DNA of 64,000 nt from positions 7,886,799 to 7,950,798 of the forward strand of contig NC_057737.1 in assembly GCF_004010195.1 (NCBI RefSeq), written 5' to 3'. Below, piece by piece: positions 11,430 through 23,881 of this stretch (its first letter is position 1; each line of letters starts with the position of its first letter). This stretch comes from Chiloscyllium plagiosum. Taxonomy: Eukaryota. The notes beneath the pieces were generated by a model. That model was not told the DNA's origin. It searched no databases and worked only from the letters and a program-made list of their open reading frames with translations. A program made the translations under genes and the position numbers.

Positions 11430-12245
11430 GTCGTAGGCATGCAGCACAGAAACAGACCCTTCGGTCCAACTTGTCTGCACCAAACAGACCTTCCAACTTT
11501 GACCTAATCCCATTTGTCAGCATTTGGCCCATATCCCTCTGAACCTTTCCTATTCATATACTTATCCAGATGCCTTTTAAATGTTGTAATTGTACCAGCC
11601 CCCACCATTTCCTCTGGCAGCTCATTCCAGACATGCACTACCCTCTGGGTGAAAACGTTGCCCCTCTGGTCCCTTTTAAATCTTACCCCTCTCACCCTAA
11701 ACATATGCCGTCTAGTTTTGGATTCCCCTATCCTCAAAAAAAAACTTTGGCTATTCACCCTATCCACACCCCTCATGATTAAACCTCTATAAGGTCACCC
11801 CTCAGTCTCTGATGTCCCCGGGCAAACAGCCCCAAGCCTATTCAGCCTCTCCCTATAACTCAAATCCTCCAACCCTCGCAACATCCTTGTAAGTCTTTTC
11901 TGCATGCTCTCAGGTTTAATAACATCCTTCCTGTAGAAGGGTGACACGAATTGTATGCAGTATTCTAAAAGTGGCCTCACCAATGTCCAGTACAGCTACA
12001 ATATGAAGTTCCAACTCTTATCCTTGATGTTCTGACCAATAAAGGTAAGCATACCAAACACCTTTGTCACCACCCTGTCCACCTGTGACTCTATATTCAA
12101 GGAACTATGGACTTGCACCCCTACGTCTCTTTGTTCGGCCACATTTCCCAGGGCCCTACTGTTAACTGTATTAGTGCTGCTGTGGTACGCCTTATCAAAA
12201 TGTAACACCTCACATTTATCTAAATTAAACCCAATCTGCAATAAC
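11430..12245 (-). mobile_element. CR1-clade LINE 3' region
   Basis: Minus ORFs FNLDKCEVLHF, VRPLLEYCIQF, LSYRERLNRLG and FTQRVVHVWNELP. Confidence 0.92.
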
Positions 12246-12639
12246 CTTTTCTCCTGAAACGCAAGACTGAGGATTCAAGCGACCAGTCTGTTTATTTTCT
12301 CGCATTCACCGAAATGTCACAACACAGAAGGAGGCTCTATCTCGTGAATTGAGTGTCATTACCTTGTGTCAATCTTCTGCTTTTTCCCTGCAACGTTGCA
12401 AACTATTTGTACCCAACTATAATGCCTTTTTGCATGCCTTAATTTGAACATGCTTCTACCAGATTTCCAGGCAGTGCATTCCATACCCTAACTCCTCACT
12501 GACTGAAAAAGATTTCTACACTTCACCCTTACTACTTTTCCACATCACATTAAATCTGTGCTCTCTTTTTCTTATTTCTTTTATGAGTGGGAATAGTTTT
12601 CCTTTTCTCCTTTCTTTTTTATGCAGGCCACTCATGGTT

Positions 12640-13290
12640 GTATTCTCTCCAAGGAGGACAGGCCCAATTTATCCAATTTAAACAGAAACTGAAGTTCCTG
12701 ATCCATGGCATCATTGTTATGAACTGCTTCTGCACTCTCTCCAGTGTATTCACATCCTTCCTATAAGATGGTATCCTGAACTGTATACAAAACTTCGCTG
12801 AGTATTGTCTCACACGAGGTCAAATTCACCTCCTTGCTCTTGTTCTCCATCAATAAAGCCAAGGACGCTGTATGCTTTACTTACTGTTCTCTCTACCTTT
12901 CCTGCCACTTTCCGTGGTCTTCGTGTACATACACCCAGGCCCCTCCACTCCAACATCCCCTTTATTGTGTTCTGTATTGTCTTTCAATATTTTTTCTTCC
13001 AAAATACATCACCTCACACTTCATCGCATTGGGTCTTATCTGTCACCTATCCAGCCGCTCTGCCAACTTGTCATTGTCCTTTTGGAGTTCCACACTATCC
13101 TTCTCATGGTTTAAAATTCTTCCAGGCTTTGTGTCATCTACGAGCTTCAAAATTGCCCTGAACGCGAGGAACTAGATTGTTAATATATATGAAGAAAAGC
13201 AATGCTGACCCTTGGGGAATTCCACTCCACCCCCACTCCTAGCCCCAAAAAATCCATCGATTGCGTGGTTCCTGCCATTCATCAATTTTG
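12640..13290 (-). mobile_element. Older CR1-clade LINE fragment
   Basis: CIQF..PSYRKDVNTLERVQKQF motif, and a GIPQG-like motif near 13215. Confidence 0.75.
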
Positions 13291-14199
13291 TATCCAATTT
13301 TAGTAACCTAACCCCCCCCCACCATTCCTTTTGTTCAGTTAATTTTCAGTATATTAGTCCACAATGGTATTTACTGTCTAGCTGCTAACTTCACATTTCT
13401 AACTTGAATATCTTAGAATCTTCCAAGCATGCGCGTGCCGAGCAATTTTAATCATTTTCTCATAATGAGCTATGGCTCGAATCAGAAGCGGTTTTGAATA
13501 TCGCTGTATAGGTGCACTTTTTATTAATAAAGAAAATTCTAATCGACCTGTTCAGAGATGTTGTTACACATCTCTGGAACAGGTGGGACTTGAGTCTAAG
13601 TCTCATAGTACAGAGCTAGGGACACAGCCACAAGAGTCAGAGTGACCCAGATACACCCCCCACCCATATTATCTTCTTTATAATTAAAACCTGGCATGTC
13701 GATGTTCTTTCCCATCTCAACAATGTCATTTGAAATGCAGCAGGTGGCGCTCTTTCTCCAGTTGGGACTGAAGCACTGTAACAGCTTGGGCACAGAATAG
13801 AGGAGGTTTAACTCTATATGAAACCCCCGTTAGTCTCAAGCTGCAAGTAGTATTCCCTCTAAACTGAACATCTGTGTGCAGATGCAGTCACCCCAAAGTT
13901 CTGTGCGTCGCGATTAGCGTTAGCACACCAATTACAATCTGGTTCTGGAAGTCACTCTCATGTGCAGCTGATAGAGGAATCACTGTCTGCCAGTGCATGG
14001 TGCAAAGCAATTACAGAGATGGTTCCATTCCCCCAGCGTTACCTTCCAAGTGATTAGTGTGATATTTATCAAAAAGATGACCGGCTGGTTTTGAGATTCG
14101 AGGTGGTGTTATAGCCTGTGTTGTGTCAAGTGTAGCTCATCAGGTGTTACTGAGTCAGGAGGACTGACCTACTCCTGAGGCTATGGCCCACTGTAATCC

Positions 14200-14530
14200 A
14201 GGCAGCGCCTGAAGGTGTGCCGCATTGTCAGTTCCATGTTTCAGGTGAGATGTGAGATCAAGGTCCTGTCTGCACTCTGTGATGGATCCCAGGGCATTAT
14301 ACCGAGGTGAAATGTAGGGGAATTACTAACGGTGATATGGTCAATCTCTCAATCAACACCCTGCAAAACAAAAGCTGGTGACCTGGTCATTGACACAATT
14401 CTGTGAGTGGGAGCTTGCTGTGCTTTAATTAGCTGTTGCATTTCCTATGTGGCAACACAGAAAAACAGTAGATTGTTGTTATAAAGCACTTTGAAACATG
14501 CTGAGATCATGAATGTACTTTATAAATACC
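14200..14530 (+). mobile_element. SacSINE1/DeuSINE-like ancient SINE
   Basis: GGTCATT..CACA.TT.CTGT..GTGGGAGCTTGCTGTG..AATT.GCTG core and TAAAGCACTTTGA.ACAT.CTGAG tail. Similar copies lie at about 8800, 29430, 38630, 53600, 53930 and 55015. Confidence 0.6.
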
Positions 14531-15026
14531 AATTCTTCTTTATATTCAGTATTGAATTTCTGCTCTACTAACCAGCGTGAAAAGACCTAATAACGTTGGA
14601 TTGAGCCCCTTTGAAGATTGCCATTTGAAGACATAACTTTTATGTGAATCCAATACTGTTACTTTATAATGAGGCATCAACCTATTTAAAATTGTGGACA
14701 ACTCTAATCTTGTTCAATTGAAAACTCAATTTCAAGGCAGTAATGGTCCCACTCTGGCAATTGCAGTTTAAACTTCCTCTTAACTCACACCATTTCTGTG
14801 CCTTGCCTTTGATTATCTGTCTTTCTTTAATTCAGTGCAATTTTTATGGCAGGAGTGAAATGAGATTGAGCCCTTGCGATTATTAATGAACCAATGAAAC
14901 TCCGACAAGTTACAGTGGATGAGTTAATTTTCCATTTGAGCGATGTGTCTTTCATTAATAATTCAAAGTTGGCAAAATGGACAGGAACTAATGTGCCTGA
15001 AAAGGGTTTCATTTCTTTTCCCTTAG

Positions 15027-15103
15027 GTCACAAGCACTGGGTATTGAGCATTGCCTGGTCTCCTGATGGAAAAACACTGGCTTCTGGGTGCAAGAATAGT
15101 CAG
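15027..15103 (+). CDS. NLE1: NLE1 coding exon 4 (HKHWVLSIAWSPDGKTLASGCKNSQ)
   Basis: CCTTAG acceptor, CAG|GTATTT donor, WD40 motif (77 nt). Confidence 0.95.
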
Positions 15104-15472
15104 GTATTTAATCTTTAAAAGAAAGAAAATTACCCTCTAGGGTTTGTCTACATTTATCAAACTGTCAATCAGTGTTAATTATTGGATATTAATTATTTTT
15201 TCACTCTTAAGCTTTCCATTGACTGTCTCAGCAACTAATCCCTGTTTAAGAGGGAGATGGAGCTGTTTAAAAAGTAGGCATTTCAAAATATGGCCATGAA
15301 TTTTACATTTCTCTTGAACACCCTGCTTGTCTAAGTAAAACAACAGGACTCTGAGTGAGGCCTGAATAAGTAAGCTGGAATCTGGGAGTAGAAGCTTTTG
15401 GTGGGTGGTTTCTGAAGTCTCAGTAAGTCGTGTGTTTTTGGGTGAAGTTGTACATTGCCTGTTTAATTTCAG

Positions 15473-15570
15473 ATATTCCTGTGGGATCCCAGGACCGGCA
15501 AGCAAATTGGAAAAGTTCTGACAGGACACTCGAAATGGATTACATATCTTTGCTGGGAACCGCTGCACAT
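15473..15570 (+). CDS. NLE1: NLE1 coding exon 5 (IFLWDPRTGKQIGKVLTGHSKWITYLCWEPLH)
   Basis: TTTCAG acceptor, AT|GTGAGT donor, conserved GHSKWIT..WEPLH (98 nt). Confidence 0.95.
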
Positions 15571-16369
15571 GTGAGTAAATAATTTATAAAGAACTATATA
15601 GCCAGATTTCGAACAGTTGTCCTTTCGACAACACTTTTAACTTCAGTGGCCCACAACTCGAGGACATCCACCTTGAGATGGTGATCAGCACTGTAGCTCA
15701 GTGATTTGAAAAGTAGCACTTCCAACAGTGCAGTACTCTCTTAGACCTGCACAGGACTATTGGCATAGAATTTTGTGCTTGAAGTCCTTGAGTCCGCAAT
15801 TTCAATGAGTGACTAACTGCTTCCGAGCAGTAGAGATTTTGGGACAGATAATTTCCCCTCCATTTGCTGTACTGAACGAGCGATAATGCATTATTTAGAA
15901 GCACTGCAAAGTGGGTCATAGCTAATTGAGGATACACGAGAATTGTTGCTTATAGTTTATAAAATGTGTTGAGGGCTCACACTTGTTACACTCAAGGCAA
16001 CATACAATGTTATTGTATTGCTCCGTACCTTTATATAATGATACAAGTTGCATAAAACACTTGCTTAGCCTGAGCTGGAGTACTCTGTCTAACTCTGAAC
16101 TGCACACACCTTTGGAGGAGAATGCAGGAAAGCTGCACAAAAATGAATCCAAGGATGAAGGACCCCTATCGTGAAGGTCGATTTTAAAAAAGTTTGAGCT
16201 GTTTTCCTGGGGGATGTGGAGATCCGATAGATGCATTCAGAATTGTGGACACTAAGTGGAAGAAAGTGTTGCCCCTCAAGAAAGGATTGACAGTAAGCTG
16301 GCACAGATTCAAAGTGATACATAACAGATGCCAAAAAACACGTGAAAAATTTTTTTCACTGGATCCACT

Positions 16370-17390
16370 GCTTTTTTCTTTCGTTTTATATAAATGATTT
16401 AGATGTGAATATAGAAGGTATTTGGTTAGTAAGTTTGCAGATACCACTGTTGACACTGGAGAAGGTTATCTCAGAGTATAACGGTACCTTGATAATTGGA
16501 CCAAGGATTGGCAGATGGAGTTTAAGTTTAGATTGATAAGGGAAACCAGGGCAGGGCTTACACAGTTAATGGTAGGGCCTTGGGGAGTGTTGCTGAACAA
16601 AAGGTGCATAGTTCCTTGAAGGTGGAGTTGCAAGAAGATAGGGTGCAGAATGTGTTTGGTATACTTACCTAGATTTGGTCAGTGCACTGAGTATAGGAGT
16701 TAGGAGGTCATGTTGTGGCTGTACAGGACATTAGTGAGACCATTTTTAGAATACTGCATTTAATTCTGGTCTCTCTGCTGTAGAAAGGGTGTTGTTATCC
16801 TTGAAAGGGTAAGTTCAGAAAAAAAGTACATAAATGTTGCTGGGATTGTTGGGATTTGAGCTACAGGGAAAGGCTGAATAAGGCTGGGGCGTTTAACCCT
16901 GGAGCGTCAGAGGCTGAGGGATGACCTTACAGAGGTTTATAAAATCATGAGGCTGAATAGCCAAGGTCTTTTTCCCAGGTTGGGGGAGTCCAAAGCTAGA
17001 GGGCATAGGTTTACGATGAGAAGGGAAAGATTAAAAAGAGATCTAAGGGGCAACTTGGGCTGGTTTGTGTATGGAATGAGCTGCCAGAGGAAGTGATGGA
17101 GGCTGATACAATTACAGTATTTAAAAGGCATCTGGATGGGTACATGAATAGGAAGAGTTTGGAGGGATATGGGCCAAAGCTGAAAATGTGTTGCTGGAAA
17201 AGCGCAGCAGGTCAGGCAGCATTCAAGGAACAGGAGAATCGATGTTTCGGGCATAAGCCCTTCTTCAGGAATCAGGATATGGGCCAAATGCTGGCAAAGG
17301 GGATGAGATTAATTTGGGATAGCTGGTTGGAATGGACATGTTGGACCAAAAGGTCTGTTTCTGTTCTGTACATCTCTGTAACTCTATGAC
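16370..17390 (+). mobile_element. CR1-clade LINE RT/3' end with a nested 96-bp Penelope-type insertion
   Basis: F..YINDLD motif through to the CR1 3' tail. The insertion at 17179-17274 splits the tail. Confidence 0.88.
17179..17274 (-). mobile_element. 96-bp Penelope-type insertion carrying a hammerhead-like core
   Basis: 14-bp TSD GGATATGGGCCAAA at 17165-17178 and 17275-17288. The minus strand reads CTGAAGA A GGGC TTAT GCCC GAAA CA TC. Confidence 0.85.
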
Positions 17391-17849
17391 ACACACAGGG
17401 TCATAGAGTGTTTAGGGTCTGGTATGCACTGCCTTGCTGTTAGGGTCTGGTATGCACTGCCTGAGAATGTGGTGGAGGCAGGTTCAATCAATGTTAGTTG
17501 AAAAAGGAAAACATGAAGGGAGGAGGACGAGCAATTTGGTTTTTGTCTTTCGGAGAGCTGGTGCAGACATGTTGGGCTGAATGGCCACCTCCTGCACTGT
17601 AATAGTTCCGTGATATTCTTACTATCCGTTGACCAAAATTTATTAATGCTCTCAGGATGGACAGGTTTGATGTTGGGAAAGGGAAAGTGGGTCTGATAAA
17701 GTTGTGACAGGCTCCGTGCCTAACTGGACTTTCTTTCTCATTCACAGCAATGAAGTTTTAATTCACAAAAAAAGGTACAATTTTTTTTTTTTAAGCACGA
17801 TTCTCGCTCTTTAACAAAGTGCTGTGTTTTGTTTTGCCTGTCCGGGCAG

Positions 17850-18042
17850 AAATCCACAGTGTCGTTACCTGGCCAGTGCGTCCAAGGACTGCAGCGTCCG
17901 AATCTGGGACACGATGCTGGGACTGTGTGATAAGATCCTGACGGGACACACGCAGTCGGTGACCTGTGTGAAGTGGGGCGGTGACGGGCTCATCTTTTCC
18001 TCCTCGCAGGACAGAACGATAAAAGTGTGGAGGGCCCAAGAC
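17850..18042 (+). CDS. NLE1: NLE1 coding exon 6 (NPQCRYLASASKDCSVRIWD...GHTQSVTCVKWGGDGLIFSSSQDRTIKVWRAQD)
   Basis: GGCAG acceptor, GAC|GTGAGT donor, WD40 repeats (193 nt). Confidence 0.95.
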
Positions 18043-18904
18043 GTGAGTGGGGTTCACTTTTTGAAGCAGTGGTCTGAGCGGTACGAAAGCCAGGTGAAAG
18101 AGGCTGGTGGTCTTTGTAGTGACTGGAACGTGGGCCAGGTTAACAGCCACAGTCAGGGAGCCCTGGCAGACACAGATAAACATTTCCCTTATTGGGCTTT
18201 CCGTGTTACTGGTTCACTGGGTGGTTTCCTGGTGGTGGAATTATTGAGTAAAGTTTTCAAAAAAAAAAGAAAAAAATAAATAAACAGGAAATTCAGAGTC
18301 TCCTCAGACTAAGGACTGACTCTTGAGTTAGCTGGTCAGAATCCATGTACTGTGCACATGTAAATAGAGGGTGACTTGGTGACGGGATACTAGACTCTGT
18401 GCAATTAATTCAGTCTTGTGTTATGGAGGGGGTATCTGTGGACTGTGGGGAAAGAGGTTTGTGGGCTGGAGGGTTGATAGTGCTGAGACTGTCCAACTGC
18501 TGTAGATGCACCGTACAATATCCCAAGTTCAACATGAGAACCGGCTCCTCACTGGAAGCAAAAAGGATTCCACAGCATGAAGTAGGTGTTTCAGTAAACA
18601 GTTGAAAGCAATAATAAGCTTTATTGGATATATAAAGTCATTGTCCCTGGACCGAGAGCCCCAGGATCAAGTCCCACCTGCTCCAGAGGTAAGTTATAAC
18701 ATCTCTCTGAACAGGTTGATTAGAAAATTAGGTTAAATAAAAAGTTTATTTCGTGAATTGTTTGGCTCAGTGATGGAGGAGCTCTGCACATGAGGGCAAG
18801 GGACAAGGTTGGAGTGTTTGCATCACCTTCAGCGATAAGTGCTGAGGGGATGATCCATCTGACAAACCCACTTTCAGAGATGTCAAACAAAAGACAAAAC
18901 GCAT

Positions 18905-19200
18905 GGACGGCACAGTGGCTCACAGCACCAGGGACCCGGGTTCGATTCCCTCAGGTCACTGTGTGGAGTTTGCACATTCTCCCTGTGTCTGCATGGGTTT
19001 CCTCCCACAGTCTAAAAATATTCAGGTTAGTGGATTGGACAAGCTGAATTGCCAGTAGTATCCAGGGATATGGTGGATTGGATGTGGGAGAATGTGGGTT
19101 TAAGGGAATAGGGTGGGGTCTGCGTCTGGATGGGTTGCCCTTCAGGGGGTCAGTGTGGACTCACTCGGCAGAAAGACATATTTCCACATTGTAGGGATTC
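18905..19200 (+). mobile_element. Diverged HE1-like V-SINE
   Basis: CCAGGGACCCGGGTTCGATTCCC...GTGTGGAGTTTGCACATTCTCCC. Confidence 0.8.
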
Positions 19201-19744
19201 TACGACAGAGAGGTCATCAGCCTGTCCAAAATCTCATTTCATTGAAACTTTGCTGAATGTGTTTTTTAAAAAAATTCTAGAACCTTGTGGCACAGTGCTA
19301 ATGTCCCTACCTCTGAGCTGGGATTCCTAGGTTCATGTCCCACCTGCTCCAACATGCATTATAACATCTCTGAGCATCTAAGAAAAGAATCTGCCAGTTG
19401 AACGGGTTCTTTTGGTGCAGTGGCAATGTCCCTAGCTCTGAGCCAGGATGTCTCACCTGCACCAGATTTGTATTATTGCAACTCTGAACAGGTTGGTTAG
19501 AAAATGAAGGTTTGACTTTTTTGGATTTATTAGTTATTATATTAGATTTCTGGACTCGAGATTTGGATTCACTATGTGTGGAACCATTTCCTGTACATCA
19601 ACCCCATCACAACCCTTCCTTTATCCTGTCAATTTGATTCTAATTGCTGGCTGTGTATTCTCTCTATAAGGTGAATTTCCCTGGGTATGTTGTCATGGCA
19701 ACAAGGTGTGCTTTTTTTAAAGTCATTGAAGACCATTCAGATGT

Positions 19745-19875
19745 TCAATTCTGAAGATGGATCACTGAACCCGAGATGTTAACTCTGTGTTTTTCTTTCC
19801 ACAGATGCTGCCAGACCTGCTGAGTTTCTCCAACAATTACTGTTTTAGTTTCAGATTTCTGCAGTTCTTTGTTTT
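19745..19875 (+). mobile_element. Penelope-type terminal repeat fragment, second family (also ~2320-2520, 36925-37075, 37480-37585, 53360-53465, 60500-60690)
   Basis: TTCTGAAGA.GG.TCACTG.AC.CGA.A.GTTAACTCTG...CAGATGCTGCCAGACCTGCTGAGTTT.TCCA.CAATT. Confidence 0.7.
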
Positions 19876-19945
19876 ACTCTCAATTCTTTGTTTGTGAGGC
19901 ATCAGTTTCAGTGTTGGAGCTCAGAGGGGGGCTTTGTGTTAAATT

Positions 19946-21823
19946 CTGGATGTAGGTTTGCTCGCTGAGCTGGTAGCTTTGTTCTCCAATGTTTCGTCAC
20001 CATACTAGGTAACATCATCAGTGAGCCTCCAAATGAAGCAATGGTGGTATGGCCTGCTTTCTAATTATGTGTTTAGGTTTCCTTGGGTTGATGATGTCAT
20101 TTCCTGTGGATAAGTCATTTCCTGTTCCTTTTCTCAGGGTTGGTAAATGGGATCAAAGTCAATGTATTTGTTGATAGAGTTCCGGTTGGAATGCCATGCT
20201 TCTAGGAATTCTTGTGTGTGTCTCTGTTTGGCTTGTCCTAGGATGGGTGTGTTGTCCCAGTCGAAGTGGTGTCCTTCCTTATCTATATATGAGGATACTA
20301 GTGAGAGTGGGTCATGTCTTTTTGTGGTTAGCTGATGTTCATGTATCCTGGTGGCTAGTTTTCTGCCTGTTTGTCCAATGCAGTGTTTGTTACAGTTCTT
20401 GCAAGGTATTTTGTAAATAACATTAGTTTTGTTTATTGTCTGTATAGGGCCTTTCAAGTTCATTAGCTGCTGTTTTAGCATGTTGGCGAGTTTGTGGGCT
20501 ACCATGATGCCAAGAGGTCTGAGTAGCCTGGCAGTCATTTCTGAGATGTCTTTGATGTAGGGGAGAGTGGCTAGGGTTTCTGGATGCGTGTTGCCTGCTT
20601 GTTTGGGTTTGTTGCTGAGAAATCTGTGTTCATTGGGTACCCGTTCTTTTTGAATACACGGTTTAGGTGATTTTCCTCTGCTCTGCATAGTTCCTCTGTG
20701 CTGCAGTGTGTGGTGGCTCACTGAAGTAATGTTCTGATGCAGCTCTGTTTGTGGATATTGGGATGATTGCTTCTGTAGTTCAGTATTTGGTCCATATGTG
20801 TTGTTTTCCTGAGGACGCTGGTTTGAAGTTCTCCATTGGCTGTTCGCTCTACTGTGACATCTAGGAATGGCAGTTTGTTGTTGTTTTTCCTCCTCTTTAG
20901 TGAATTTTATGCCAGTAAGGAGATTATTGATGGTCTTGAAGGTTTCCTCTAATTTGTTTCATTTAGTGATGACAAAGGTGTCATCCACGTAGCGGACCCA
21001 AAGTTTGGGTTGGATTGTTGGCAGAGCTGTTTGCTTGAGGCTCTGCTAAGAACCTTGATATCGGAGATCCCATGGGTGTACCTTTGCTTTGTTTTGTAGG
21101 TTTTGTTGTTGAAGGTGAAATGGGTTGTAAGGCATAGGTTCACTAGCTTAGAGTCACAGAGTCATAGAGATGTACAGCATGGAAACAGACCCTTAGGTCC
21201 AACCCGTCCATGCTGACCAGATATCCCAACCCAATCTAGTCCCACCTGCCAGCACCCTGATGATAATTCAAGCTTCAACAACAAAACCTACAGACAGACC
21301 AACGGAACACCCATGTCATTTACAAAATACCTTGCAAGAACTGTATCAAACACTACATTGGACAAACAGGCAGAAAACTAGCTACCAGGATACATGAACA
21401 TCAACTAGCCACAAAAAGATATGACCCTCTCTCATTAGTATCCTTACATATGGATGAGGAAGGACACCACTTTGACTGGGACAACACATCCATCCTAGGA
21501 CAAGCCAAACAGAGACACGCATGAGAATTCCTAGAAGCATGACAATTCCAAATGGAACTCTATCAACAAACACATTGACTTGGATCCCATTTACCACCCC
21601 CTGAGAAAAAGAACAGGAAATGGCGCCACCACAGGAAATGGTGTCATCAACCGAAGGAAACCTAAACACATAAATAGAAAGTGGGCCATACCACCAGTGC
21701 TTCATTCGGAGGCTCACTGATGATGTTATCTTGTGATGAAATGTCAGAAAATGAACCTTCCAGCTCAGCGAGCAAACTTACATCCAGAACCTCAACCTGA
21801 GCTACAAATCTTTTCAAAACTCA
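19946..21823 (-). mobile_element. Penelope-like retroelement with inverted architecture (RT + GIY-YIG on minus, inverted 3' copy on plus)
   Basis: Minus ORF LPYIKDISE...NVIYKIPCKNC..HCIGQTGRKLATRIHEH...FLEAWHS (GIY-YIG), with RT remnants to ~21150. Plus-strand inverted copy at 21260-21823. TSD CTTT(G/A)TGTTAAATT at 19932-19945 and 21824-21837. Confidence 0.92.
21150..21258 (-). mobile_element. CR1 3' tail at the inversion junction of the Penelope element
   Basis: AGAGTCATAGAGATGTACAGCATGGAAACAGACCCTT.GGTCCAACCCGTCCATG, the reverse complement of the tail at ~25250-25340. Confidence 0.8.
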
Positions 21824-21997
21824 CTTTATGTTAAATTGTTTTGTGCACAGTCAGCATATATGTACATACTGATTGCACACTTGATGTTGTGAATGTGCTC
21901 CACTGTATACTAAGGTCTTAGCAAAACAAAACAGAACAAATATTCAGGGGCCAGTTTGGTCACTGTTTTATAAATTGTATGTGTGATCTGTTTTCAG

Positions 21998-22133
21998 GGG
22001 GTTATGTGCAGAACACTCCAGGGCCATGCACACTGGGTAAACACAATGGCACTCAGCACTGACTACGTACTGCGAACTGGGTCCTTCGAACCAGCAGAAG
22101 CCACAATTGTACCACAGGACAGTGATGATTCCC
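21998..22133 (+). CDS. NLE1: NLE1 coding exon 7 (GVMCRTLQGHAHWVNTMALSTDYVLRTGSFEPAEATIVPQDSDDS)
   Basis: TTTTCAG acceptor and the Notchless-specific ALSTDY.LRTG motif. Donor C|GTGGGT keeps frame with the next exon (136 nt). Confidence 0.93.
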
Positions 22134-22554
22134 GTGGGTAATCGCGCTGCCTTTCCATTGCCTGTCTCCTCAGCCAATATTTATATTCTTATATTCAAAG
22201 AGAAACTCCCCAATTTTTGTTGTCTCATTTAAGGATGTACAGCAAGCTTTTCATTAACCAGCATCTATGGGACGCTCGTAGATTGAATATGCCATTTGAT
22301 CAAGTATTCCAGTCCACATAATCCAAATTAAAAACACACGCTGAGTAATAGAACTGTAATGCAGGGGATATACACGTCGCTGTTATACTTTATTTGCGGC
22401 ATAAATCACTTAAATAATGCAACTTTGCTAACGTAAAACTTACTGGCAGAAACCCATCTCACTTGCACCCTCAACTGACTGCCTGGACATCGTAGAGTAT
22501 GCGATAATACAGTTAAACTTCTGATATTTGAGGTATATAATTTCCTCTAACTCC

Positions 22555-23480
22555 ACTGCATTCTGAGGCAGAACTCCAAAGTCACATGGTTCTCTGAGAG
22601 AAGACGTTTCCTCTCTTGTTCCTACGTTAAAAGGACTAAATTTAAAATAGTGTCCCGTTGTTCTGGACTCACCCACATCCTTTCCACATTCACCTTGTTG
22701 AGGCCATTCAGGATTTTCTAACCTCCATCAAATCGCCCCATATTCTTCTAAACTTTTGTAACAACAAGCCCTGTCTGTCTAAACTTTTTCCTCTGAGGCA
22801 TTCAATCATTCTCTAAGCATCATTTTCATAAACCACCTCTGAACTACTCCAACACATTTACACCACTCTCTAAATAGGGAGACCACAAATGCACGCAGTA
22901 CTCAAGATGTGGCCTCACCAATTCCTTTTATAACTAAAGCATAACATCCTTACGTTTGCTTTCAATTCATCATATGATAAAGGATAGCATCCGATTAACC
23001 ATTCTTAGTCACTTGCTGTAGCAGCATCCAAGCCTTTACTGACTTGTGTTCTAGAGCACCTGGATCCTTCTGCAGTCTTTCACTCACTGATTAAATAATC
23101 CTCTGCTTTTTCATTCTTCCTGCTAAAGTGAACAACTTCACGTTATCCCACATCAAACTCCATCTGCCACATTTAACCTGTCTAAAAATAGTCTGCGCCC
23201 TTGTTATGTCACCTTCACAACATACTTTCCGACCTATCTTCGTGTCATCTGTACATTTTGCCATCATGCCTGAACTTTCCTCATCTATGTCAGTGATGTC
23301 AGTTGTAAAAACTTGGGGGCCCAGCACAGATCCCTGTGGGACCCCACTCGTCACAACCTGCCAATCAGAAAAAGACCTATTTCTGTTTACTCTTCTGTCT
23401 GTGTTTGTATCTTACTGTGTGTCCTGAATAACCTTTCATGTAGAATCTTGTCAAATGCCTTTTGGAAATCCAAATGCAGA
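22555..23480 (-). mobile_element. CR1-clade LINE RT fragment
   Basis: Minus ORF VTSGVPQGSVLGPQ.F...K.TDDTKIG. Confidence 0.88.
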
Positions 23481-23559
23481 ACATTTACAGTTCATACTAT
23501 CCATTTTTAACTAGCTTTCTCTCACTCTTATTTGCCTTGATTAACGTTTTAGTCACAGT

Positions 23560-23881
23560 GGGGCGGCACGGTGGCACAGCGGTTAGCACTGCTGCCTCAC
23601 AGCGCCAGGGATCTGGGTTCGATTCCCGCCTCAGGCGACTGTCTGTGCGCAGTTTGCACATTCTCCCTGTGTCTGCACGGGTTTCCTCCGGGTGCTCCGG
23701 TTTCCTCCCACAGTCCAAAGATGTGCAGGTCAGGTGAATTGGCCACGCTAAATTGCCCACAGTGTTAGGTGCATTAGTCAGGGGTAAATATGGGTCTGGG
23801 TGGGTTACACATCAGAGGGTCAGTGTGGACTTGTTGGGCCAAAGGGCCTGTTTCCACACTGTAGGGAATCTAATCTAATCA
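23560..23881 (+). mobile_element. Full-length HE1-like V-SINE
   Basis: GGGCGGCACGGTGGCACAG.GGTTAGCAC head, V-domain, CTAAT repeat tail. Confidence 0.92.

Noticed and set aside
17413-17462. Direct duplication of TAGGGTCTGGTATGCACTGCCT
   Set aside because: Local slippage inside a decayed LINE fragment.
20134-20721. 195-aa GIY-YIG ORF as a domesticated gene
   Set aside because: Part of a frameshifted, truncated Penelope copy with TSDs.
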